A stretch of 42,014 nucleotides of DNA from Chiloscyllium plagiosum (taxonomy: Eukaryota): NCBI RefSeq assembly GCF_004010195.1, contig NW_025214343.1:1-42014 (forward strand), given 5' to 3'. The notes under the pieces are model-generated. The model was given only the letters and a program-made list of their open reading frames with translations, was not told the DNA's origin and did not search any database. A program made the position numbers and the translations under genes. Below are positions 24,722-34,495 of the stretch, in pieces (the first letter of the stretch is position 1; the number at the start of each line of letters is the position of its first letter).

Positions 24722-25015
24722 AAATTACTTACAGTGTGCAAACAGGCCCTTCAGCCCAACAAGTCCACACTGACCCGCCACCCACTCAGACCCATTCCCG
24801 TATATTAACCCCTTCAACTCACGCTACGGGTAATTTAGCATGGCCAATTCACCTAACCTGCACATCTTTGGACTGTGGGAGGAAACCGGAGCAAACCCAC
24901 GCAGACACGCGAAGGATGTGCAAACGCCACACAGCCATTCACCTGAGGCGGGAATTGAACTCGCGTCTCTGGCGTTATGAGGCAGCACTGCTAACCACTG
25001 TGCCATCCTGCCGCC
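24722..25015 (-). mobile_element. HE1-like SINE
   Basis: Full reverse-complement head (gcagcactgctaaccactgtgccatc), core and tail. Confidence 0.9.
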
Positions 25016-27884
25016 GGGAGATAATGCACATGTCACCCACTCCGGCCTGGAAAGTTCCAGATCATCGAAGCTCAATGAAACAGTCACTAGCAGCACCGTC
25101 CTCCCCATGGTGTGAAGCTGCAGGTCGTGTTGAAGGAGGTGACACCGCTCTGTGACCAGCTCCTTATTCAATCAGTGTCACCTCACACTCTGCTCCAGAG
25201 TTAAGTGGAACTTGGCAAGCTGTTCCTGGAAAACACGGGGTGGATCCAGTAGGACCCTTTCCCCAGACACATTCACACCGTGGTTTCAGAGCTTCCCCTC
25301 TCTACAGCCTCTGCTCCATTTGCTTTTCATGTTCCAGACCCAGATGTTGTAACTACAGTCTCCATGCTCCATCCAGAGTTAGGTCACCAAATCCTTAGGT
25401 CTCCATGAATGTCTGAGGCAGCTCACAGCACAACCTCCAGAAAACCATTCTCAACACTGCCACTAACTTTGCAATAGCAGGAAACAGTCGGACGCCCCTC
25501 AGCTACAAGTGTTATGGCCCTGACAGACCCCGTCAAAATATTTTAAGCAGGCAGCCTCGATCCTAACTTTCCCTTATTTTAAATGTAGATTTAACTGTGT
25601 CTTCCAGATGTGTTGCAACCGGTCACTCCACTCAACGTTAAGCAAAATGTAATCCATTCAAAAGCTCCAATTAAGACACAATTAAAGGCAAGAACAATTT
25701 GGGATAGCTTCTCTAGTGGAACACCTATATTACCATTAGATACAGTGCATTCTATTAATTAACTGCGCTCATACAGGGACATCCCAAAAACACACCCCTT
25801 GGCAAAAACGTAAATTCAAACACAGAATCTTATGTGCAGTTCTCCAATCCAGGAGGAAGCAACTTTAAGAGAGTTTTCAGAGAGAATAGCAGCTGGGGTT
25901 CATGTATTGGAACTTCCAACCCTTCTGGGAGCCCAAGCAGCTTCTGAATGCTGCAGCTAAAAACAAAACGAGAAAACCTGGTCTGGGAGAGGTGACCACT
26001 GCCCTTCCATTGTTACCAACGTTTTCGTAAAACCTAAAGGCCTTCTCAGTTATTTACTTAAGCTGTTTTCAGGTGGCAGTACAAGATCTCTGCCTTTAAA
26101 ACCTTTATTCAAAAAAGAACAAGAGAAAATAACCCTTTTAAAATGAAAAGTAAACATCAATTTTCAAAGATGGCCTCATTTTAAACCGTTTATTCTTACT
26201 GTTTCAGTAGACTGCAATACATACATATTGCATTGACACAAAGCATGCAAACATTTAAAACTATATTCTATTTCAGTCAATTTACTTCTGCCACAGATCG
26301 CCTCTGATTTTCTTCATCTAAGTCTCTACAACTTGTCAGCAAATAGAGGTTCTCGTCCTGTCACCTGTATAACTTCCAAATTGAATGGCAACAATAATAA
26401 CCTCTGTCTGATCAGACTGGAAATGTTCTCCTTAAATTTGTCCAAAAACGTTCAGGCGTTATGATCAGTATGTATATTTGTCTTGACACGCTATTGGCAA
26501 CTTAAATGCTGAAATGTTGTAACGTCAACACCAAACTCAAGGCCTCCTTCCCAGTTGTGAAATATGTCACAACTGACGTTGTCACAGGAAACTCCAAACA
26601 TAAAGGAGCACTTCTCATCTCTATCTTAGTCCTTCTCAATGACATAGCTCATCATGTTTCAGCTGAAAGAATTTACATGTTTCTGTAACTCTTAATGCTG
26701 TAACCTCTTTACTTGCTACTCCTGGCCGACGCCACTAAACCTTGCACACAGATATATATTTTAAGATCTTGCACATTCTTCTGAAGCCCTCCCGGAAGCC
26801 AAACTTTGGTTTATGGATCAACTGATAATCATCAGCCATTTCAGATTATAATCATGCCATTTTAACTCTCTGCTCTTCCCCACGAATCTCACGACTGCTG
26901 GAAGTGAGTTTTTGAACTCCTCCAAAGTAAGAATCTCCCTAGGAATCTCATAGATTGCTCTGTTTTTAATACCCTCACTCAGCTTTCAAAATTACTTTGT
27001 TTAATCCTTTCAAACTCAATGTACGTTTCACCAGGGACGCTATTTTACATTCTAAAACACTGTCTGCTGTTTCTGGCCCAAGCTCATAGGAACTTCAGAT
27101 GTCTTTCTTCACCTCCTCATAATCTCCAGATATCTCTTCCGAAATGAATGCAAATACCTCATACCTTATATCGACCAGCTTTGGTTGGATTAAGTAAACC
27201 CACATGGTCAGTGGCTATTGCATCCGTATAACCACTTTCTCAAATGAAATTGAAAAGACTTCTACATCCTTTTCACCAAATTTCGACAATGCCTGTACAT
27301 ATTTAAACCGATCCCCATCAGTCCTTTGGCTACTATAGAGTTTCTCATCCTCACTATCCTCCTCATCCAGCCTACCGTCTCCCTTCATCCCCACCCAGCT
27401 AAGTCGATTTTCCTATCAAATTGCTAACGTTTGAAGTTGAAACTCTTTCGCTATCTGCTTTTCATCTTCATTTTTCTGTCTTTCTTATTCCTTTCCGTTT
27501 CTTTAAATTCTACTTTTAATCTTGTTTCAAACTGTTTCAATTCCTTTTCGTGTTGAAGCTGCCTCATTTGCAATTGAATTCTAAGTATTTCCAAAGTTTC
27601 TGATGTTGTTTACAGCAAAAATTGAATGCCAAACCACAGGTGTAATTATATCTCCTTTTCTCACTGACAAACACAAACCCAACTCCAGCTTGTCTGCCAA
27701 TTCTAGTTTTGTCTTGCTCACCTTTTGTAAAATCTCCAACTTCATTTTATCCACACCCAGAGGACTCTTACAGGCAGAAGTAGCGATTACTACACAAAGC
27801 ACTGTACAAAGCAACCGAATTCAATACCCAGACCAAAAGAAACTAACAATTACAAGACGATGCGTTTGAGCCCAACAATCTCCC

Positions 27885-28140
27885 TGTGCACATTGTCGCC
27901 TTCCCTGCGTGTTCTCCAGGTGCTCCATTTTCCTGCCACAGCCCAAACATATGCAGGTTAGGCGAAATGGCGAAGTTAAATTTCCCATACTGTTCAGCGA
28001 TGTGTAGGTTAGTTGCACTAGTCAGGTGTAAATATGGTGGAATAGGGGAGGGGAATGCGTCTGGATAGTTTTCTCTTCCGACGGTTGGTGTGGACTTGTT
28101 GGGCCAAAAGGCCTGCTTCCTCTCTCTAGGGATTCTAATC
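27885..28140 (+). mobile_element. HE1-like SINE (5'-truncated)
   Basis: Core ccaggtgctccattttcctgccacag; tail ggtgtggacttgttgggcc..gggattcta. Confidence 0.82.
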
Positions 28141-28171
28141 CTGAACCCGATCTGGAATTATCGATTTGGAA

Positions 28172-28189
28172 CCGGGCATGTGTCCCCAG
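28172..28189 (-). promoter_or_regulatory. Putative degenerate primer-binding site (tRNA-Pro-like)
   Basis: The minus strand reads tggggacacatgcccgg just inside the 5' LTR; compare the canonical tgggggctcgtccgg. Confidence 0.4.
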
Positions 28190-28239
28190 ATTGCTATGGA
28201 CCGGAGCAGAATGCCTGGTCGCCAACTTTGTCTTCGGTT

Positions 28240-28550
28240 AGGTTCTTAACAGAATGGAAAAAGGCCCTACGGCCCAACAAGTCTACACCAAAGGCCAAAC
28301 CACCCAACCCCATTCCCCTACCACATATTTAACCCTGACTAATGCACCTAGCACTATAGGCAATTTAGCATGACCAATTCACCTGACCTGCACATCCTTG
28401 GATTGTGGGAGGACACCAGAGCACCCAAAGGAAACCCATGCAGACACAGGGAGAATGTTTAAACTCCACACATTCGAAAGCAGGAATTAATACTGACTCC
28501 CTGGTTCTGTGAGTCAGCAGTGCTAACCATTGAGCTACCGTGCCGCCCCA
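28240..28550 (-). mobile_element. HE1-like SINE inserted in the Gypsy 5' LTR
   Basis: Reverse-complement tail, core and head, ending cagcagtgctaaccattgagctaccgtgccgccc. Confidence 0.88.
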
Positions 28551-29377
28551 CTACTTTATAGTAAAGGCAGATGTGAAATGGGTGTTCCAGCTGTGTGCGG
28601 TTGGTTAAACCACTCAACCTTAAGCAAAACACAATTTATTTAAACACTCTAATAACAATACATAGAAGAGGAGTTTAGAATAACTCAACTACTGGAAACC
28701 TTAACAGATTAGTAGATACAGTACCATCTACTAATGAATTGTTCCAATGTACTAACACCCCATAAACTCATTCTTGGCAAAAAGACACATCCAAGGCCAA
28801 TCAGTCTTGCACGCAGTTCTCCAATCCAGGAGGAAACAGCATCAAGACAGATTTCAGAGAAAATTGCAGTGACGGATCATTTACTGAAAGAATCCAACCT
28901 ATCTCCGACTGCAAGCACCTGGTGACTGTTATAGCTCAGAAAAACTGGAAAGCCAGGTCCGTGAGAGCTGGCCATTGTTATCAATATGTATTTTTTTAAA
29001 AAGCCTGAAAAGCCTTCTAAGTTATTTACTTCAGCCGTTTGCAGTACGCAGTTCGGCTTTTAAAATATCTCTTTAAAGAAAACGAGACAATAGCCTTTTT
29101 TTAAGGGAGAGCATTGTCAGAGATGTAAGATACCTGGTCCTTTACAATAATACTCTAGCGGCTTCCTCGTGTTACTGACCACACAATGAACTCAGAGGGA
29201 CAAACACAGACGTCAGACGTTCAGTGGACAGGCACAGACCATCTTCCAAAGCCGCTAAATCCCCTATGTAACATGGAGCAGAACATGGGGCACCCCGGGA
29301 AAATGAGCATCTGCCCGATACACACCCTCAGCCACGACATGGAGCACCACATGGAATACAGTGGGAAGTGAACAACA

Positions 29378-29561
29378 GGAGAAAGTGAGGAGTGCAGATG
29401 CTGGAGATCAGAGCTGAAAATGTGTTGCTGGAAAAGCGCAGCAGGTCAGGCACATCCAAGGAGCAGGAGAATCGACGTTTCTGGCATGAGCCCTTCTTCA
29501 GGATTCTCCTGCTCCTTGGATGCTGCCTGACCTGCTGCGCTTTTCTGGCAACATATTTTCA
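29378..29561 (-). mobile_element. Penelope-terminus hairpin insertion with a 13-bp flanking direct repeat
   Basis: Arms 29414-29473 and 29502-29562 are near-perfect inverted repeats; gaagtgaacaaca occurs at 29365 and 29562. Confidence 0.88.
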
Positions 29562-30045
29562 GAAGTGAACAACAACCCAAGACACACCATTTCACTGTTT
29601 CTGAGCTTCACAATGCCAGCACTCGATACACTAGAGAGGCAAAAACCAAGGAAAGGGAAAATTACAGATGGACAGAAAGATTCACATTAAAGACAGAAAC
29701 AGGCAGTTAATTAACTGAGAAGATGTTGTGGAAATAATAAGAAAAAGACTGGGTATTGGGACTAAATGTAGGATTGACTCATTAGAGAGCAAACTTACAA
29801 TAATGAGAACATTGAGTAAAGGTATTTTCCGAACAGCAATCTCCTTCACTTAACACTTCAAACTGGGAGAAGATGACAGACTAACACGGAGAGCTGTGCA
29901 GGCCATGCTCGTGTACTACTCGGTAAACTGGATTATCTGCCCAGCATGAGGAGTATTGAAAACTTTTATTATCATATAGGAACGATACACACACCAAATA
30001 CACACAGCCGGGGAAGATTTCTATCTCCATATGACCAGTATAAGG

Positions 30046-30067
30046 TGTGTGTGTGTGTGTGTGTGTG
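30046..30067. repeat. (GT)n microsatellite
   Basis: About 11 GT units. Confidence 0.95.
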
Positions 30068-30457
30068 GTGTTGGGGTGGTTGCATGTGAACATCATTGCA
30101 TGAGGAAAAATACACTGAATGGAAACCAGGTTAACTATGACCCACTGGCAGGGATTGTGATAATCGACACAGAGAGACCGACGGAAGTTTCATGGACAGA
30201 TGAGTTAAAGAGCTTGAGAATATTAAAATAAATACATTGCCAGACACCATAGCGATATAGCTCAGCGTGCACAGAAATATCAGATGGATGAAATTTTGGT
30301 GTGAGTTCGAATCAGTTTTGTTTCTGCAGGTTTCAACCCGACAGTGTCAGCAGCAGATTATTGTCATCATTAAATCTGTACTTCACAGCTCAGGGTTCAA
30401 ACAGCAGATGGGTTAAGCCAGTGAAGTACAATCTGGAGCACCGAATAGATAAAGTTA

Positions 30458-31219
30458 NNNNNNNNNNNNNNNNNNNNNNNNNNNNNNNNNNNNNNNNNNN
30501 NNNNNNNNNNNNNNNNNNNNNNNNNNNNNNNNNNNNNNNNNNNNNNNNNNNNNNNNNNNNNNNNNNNNNNNNNNNNNNNNNNNNNNNNNNNNNNNNNNNN
30601 NNNNNNNNNNNNNNNNNNNNNNNNNNNNNNNNNNNNNNNNNNNNNNNNNNNNNNNNNNNNNNNNNNNNNNNNNNNNNNNNNNNNNNNNNNNNNNNNNNNN
30701 NNNNNNNNNNNNNNNNNNNNNNNNNNNNNNNNNNNNNNNNNNNNNNNNNNNNNNNNNNNNNNNNNNNNNNNNNNNNNNNNNNNNNNNNNNNNNNNNNNNN
30801 NNNNNNNNNNNNNNNNNNNNNNNNNNNNNNNNNNNNNNNNNNNNNNNNNNNNNNNNNNNNNNNNNNNNNNNNNNNNNNNNNNNNNNNNNNNNNNNNNNNN
30901 NNNNNNNNNNNNNNNNNNNNNNNNNNNNNNNNNNNNNNNNNNNNNNNNNNNNNNNNNNNNNNNNNNNNNNNNNNNNNNNNNNNNNNNNNNNNNNNNNNNN
31001 NNNNNNNNNNNNNNNNNNNNNNNNNNNNNNNNNNNNNNNNNNNNNNNNNNNNNNNNNNNNNNNNNNNNNNNNNNNNNNNNNNNNNNNNNNNNNNNNNNNN
31101 NNNNNNNNNNNNNNNNNNNNNNNNNNNNNNNNNNNNNNNNNNNNNNNNNNNNNNNNNNNNNNNNNNNNNNNNNNNNNNNNNNNNNNNNNNNNNNNNNNNN
31201 NNNNNNNNNNNNNNNNNNN
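30458..31219. other. Assembly gap with duplicated flanks
   Basis: acaatctggagca(c/g)cgaatagataaagtta occurs on both sides of the N run. Confidence 0.95.
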
Positions 31220-31339
31220 ACAATCTGGAGCAGCGAATAGATAAAGTTAATAATGATCAGGGCATGATGTCAGAAATAAGCTCATGGCCAAAGGGGTCAC
31301 CAAACTTGAGATCCGTCTGTTTCAATGACCACCTACATG

Positions 31340-31545
31340 TTCCCCTCCAAGCCGTTCACTACCCAGGCTTGGAAATATACCGCTGTTCCTTCACAGTCGT
31401 TGGGTCAGAATCCTGGAATTCCTTCCCTAACGCTGCAAGTGGACTGCAGCGGTTCAAGAGGCCAGCTCACCAACATCTTCTCATGGGCAACTAGGAATAT
31501 GCTATTAATGCTGGTCAGCCAGCAATGCCCAGTTCCCACAAATAT
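31340..31545 (+). mobile_element. LINE/SINE 3' tail fragment (CR1/L2-type)
   Basis: cttggaaatataccgctgttccttcac..ggactgcagcggttcaagaggccagctcaccaac..aatgctggtcagccagc. Confidence 0.65.
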
Positions 31546-31895
31546 ATTCGCCACGGATGGGATGGAGTTCGAGGAAGGAAACAGAGTTTGTAAACATAAT
31601 AGAGGACAATGACCTCCACGTTCCCAATACTTAAATAACAAGGGCAGTGAGACAATGTTTCACATCTGAAAGTGAGTAGGTCAACATAGAGACCCTTGAG
31701 TAACAGTCTGAATCAAGAAGGGAGACAGTAATTGAACAAGTTCACTGGTGCTGTTAGTCGTGATCTGCAGAGTGAATGTGTGGATTCAGGGTCTTAACAT
31801 GAACAATAATAGTGGCAAGGAGTGAAGACTACATGAAATAACAGTAATGCAGTCATAACTAGTTTATAGAAAAATATCTGGATGGTGAGACTTAC

Positions 31896-32258
31896 CAGGG
31901 ACACAAACGGTAGTCAGGAGAGGATAATAAAAACATTGAATAATGAGAAGAGCATAATAGGTCTGCAAATTAAATGACAACCAATCATAATATGTAGAAA
32001 GAAACCAGCGTAATCGGATAAATCCCTGTCCATTGTTGTAACATTCCAGTTCAACGTTCTCAGATTTTGATACATTGTTGAAACATTGCGGTCTAATGTC
32101 CTCACATTCTGATCCATTTTTGGAATATTCCAGTCTAATATTCTCAGATTCTGATCCATTGATGGAACATTCCAGTTTAATGTTCTCAGATTCTTATCCA
32201 TTGTTGTAACATTCAACTCTAACGTTCTCAGATTATGATCTCTCCTCCCCTTCTCCAT
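31896..32258 (-). pseudogene. First coding exon of a GPR139-like class A GPCR with a repeated N-terminus; frameshifted
   Basis: ATG at 32258: MEKGRRDH, five NLRTLxWNVxxMDQ-type repeats, then MDRD. After a -1 frame change near 32010-32030: WFLSTYYDWLSFNLQTYYALLIIQCFYYPLLTTVCVP, ending at the phase-1 donor CCTG|gtaagt (31896). This matches the YYP.L..VGVP|VN exon-1 ending I recall for GPR139/142-family genes. Confidence 0.72.
32031..32237 (-). repeat. 42-bp coding tandem repeat, 5 copies
   Basis: Unit about aatctgagaacattggactggaatgttacaacaatggatcag. Confidence 0.92.
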
Positions 32259-32679
32259 CTGGAGCTGCTGATCCCTGTTAGTGCTGTCGGTGATTATCCC
32301 ACTCATACTATGGGATAACACATTGAACGAAGCCCATATATCATTAAGAGATGGAAACTTTCCACTGCAATAATTAGAATATATGGCGACTGACATTAAT
32401 CACAGTCACCAAACAAACCGGGAAAGTTAAACCCTTTCTTACATTACATTCCATATCATAATAAAAGGGATTATTTACTCGGTCTCGATGGAATGGATGA
32501 GGGTTACAGATGGCCGGACTATAAATCTTTCGATTTTTTTCTTACTTTTTCCTTGAATGTGGGAGTTTTAGCAGAGCACTGCAGGGCTGTATATGTCCTA
32601 CTCTTTTTATAAAGCTACAGGGATAAGATAACAGATTAGCTGCAAGAAATGTCTGGTGGGGAAATTTGCAGGTGATATG

Positions 32680-33540
32680 TGAGAGAGAAGGGTGAAGCGG
32701 ATAGATAGAAAGGAAGATGGACAGGTAGGGCAAGTCATCCGGCGGTACTGAGTTGGAAGGTTGGAACTGGGATAAGTTGGAGGGAAGGTAAATGACAAAT
32801 ATTGTGAAATCCACATTGATCCCATGTGGTTCCAAGTTCCAAAGGCAGAAGACGTGTCTTTCTTCCTCCAAGAGTCGGGTGGTTAAGGTTTTGGCGGTGG
32901 AAGAGGCCGAGGGCCAGCATGTCCATGGTGGAGTGGAAGCGGGAGTCAAAGTTTTCAGCCATGGGGTAGTGGGGTTGTTTGGTTCGGATGTCCCAGAGAT
33001 GTTCTCTGAAGTGTTCCACACGTTGGCGTCCTGTCTCTCTAATGTAGAGGAGACATCAGGAGCAACGGATACTGTAGGTGACGTGTGTGGAAATGCAGGT
33101 AAAACTCCGAAGAATGTGGAAGGATCCTTTGTAGTCTCGGACGGAGGTGAGGGGGAGGTGAGGGTGCAGGTTTTCCAAATCTTGTGGTTGCATGCGAAGG
33201 TACCAGGTGTGGAGGGTGGGTTGTTGGGTGGCGTGGACCTGACAAGTGATTCGCGCCGGGAATGTTCTTTATCCAACGCAGATCGGGGTGGGGAGGGAAA
33301 TATATTCCTTGTGGTGGGGTCTGTTTGTAAGTGGTGCAAATGGGGGACAATAATGCTTTGTATCTGGAGATTTGGTGGGATGGAATGTGAGGAACAGAGT
33401 GTCCTTTCCCTATTGAGTTTGGAGTGCCAAAATTTGAAGGCAGCGTTACAGGAAGTGGATGAGATGCTTTGGATTGCATCGTCGACCACGCGGGGGGAGA
33501 AATTGCTGTCTTTGAAGAAGGAGGCATGTGGAATATACAC
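32680..33540 (-). mobile_element. Penelope-like element, GIY-YIG region (decayed)
   Basis: FFKDSNF..HLQTDPTTRNIFPSPP..PGTFACNHK; EHFREHLWDIRTKQP; RLLEEERHVFCL..LEPHGINVDF. Confidence 0.9.
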
Positions 33541-33544
33541 TTGG

Positions 33545-33760
33545 TGCAGAGAGTGGTGCTCTAAAAGCACAGTGGGTCAGGCAGGATCCGAGGAGCAGGA
33601 AATATCGACCTTTTGGGTAAAAGTCCTTAATGAGGAATCGTGTTTTTTGCCCGAAACATCGGTTTTCCTTTCTCCTCGGATGCTGCCTGACCTGCTGTGC
33701 TTTTCCAGCACTACTCTCCCGACTCTAATCTCCTGCATCTGCAATACTCACTTTCGCCTA
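33545..33760. mobile_element. Penelope terminal inverted repeat
   Basis: gtggtgct..aaaagcacag..ggtcaggcag.atccgaggag versus ctcctcggatgctgcctgacctgctgtgcttttccagcac; degenerate hammerhead core at about 33625-33660. Confidence 0.82.
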
Positions 33761-34219
33761 CGCACTAGGTTCAGCCACTTCTGTAATACTGCTTTTAATT
33801 CTGTTCTCACTGCTGTAGGCAAGACGTTGTTAAAGTTGAAAGCGTGCAGAAAAGTTTTCCAAGTATATTGACAGTGTTGGGTAGGGTGATGGTAGCGAGT
33901 GATTTTGAGCTACACGGAGAGTATGAATGGGCAGGGGCTATGTTCCCTGGAGTGTTGTTTCTGAGGAGTGACCTTACTGAGGTTTATTGCGGTGAATCCC
34001 GATGCTCCATGGTGAGCAAGGCCAAAGACCAGAGAAATAGAGAGAACAGTTGTTCACATTAAAACGGGACAATTACTCATCGACAGCATGTTGGCAAACG
34101 ATGGAGGTAGACTGAAGAATAGGACTGGCCGGAGGAGTCAGAATTTGGAGGGTCCAATCACATGATTGCGAACAAAAATAAAGGCATATTCTCAATCCAC
34201 CTCACCGAACCAGACCAGA

Positions 34220-34495
34220 CACCATAAACCCAGAGGAGATATCTGTTTGTAAAGGAGCACAGCGCAGACCAGGCTAGTGTGTTGCTGAACACCACCCTGC
34301 AATCAGTCCAGAGCGGAACACTGTGCACACTATAGTAGTGCATTGATTATAAACCCAGATGAGATATGTGTTCAGCAGTGAGCACTGTGCAAACCGGACT
34401 GGTGTACTGTGCAATACAATGACAATCTATCCAGAGTGGAAAGGTACGCAGTCCACAGTCGTGCATTGATCCATAAACCCAGATGAGATATGCGA
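34220..34495. repeat. Degenerate tandem repeat of about 122-127 bp (2.3 copies)
   Basis: ataaacccaga(g/t)gagatat at about 34224, 34351, 34473; the intervening tccagag.ggaa and gtgcattgat are also repeated. Confidence 0.75.

Larger units (their letters stand above)
25510..29119 (-). mobile_element. Decayed, internally deleted Gypsy LTR retrotransposon (Gmr1-like)
   Basis: Direct repeats at 25510-26150 and 28192-29119 (start tgttatgg/tgctatgg; share gcagttctccaatccaggaggaa, cttggcaaaaa, gttatttactt). Gag remnants at 26750-27790 (KFGEKDVE.FS.SFEKV; AYEL.PE..RQ.FR; PGETYIEFER). RNase H C-terminus at 26320-26550 (EKEALSLVLTLQHF; LLPFNL.VI.V.GRE..FAD.L) lies next to the 3' LTR. Confidence 0.8.

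Noticed and set aside
24380..25500. Possible Harbinger-type DNA transposon remnant around the SINE
   Set aside because: Only a vague impression; no TIR or transposase motif could be identified
29799..29862. Minus-strand exon candidate (ctcccag| .. |gtaagt) as GPCR exon 2
   Set aside because: A phase-1 join gives an immediate stop and no 7TM sequence follows
31914..32396. C-type lectin neck exon, or an intact 160-aa protein
   Set aside because: The adjacent frame gives a TM1-like YYP..VP ending at a canonical donor, which fits a GPCR exon better; no lectin-domain exons were seen
32792..33871. 359-aa + strand ORF
   Set aside because: Antisense to a decayed Penelope ORF plus its terminal repeat
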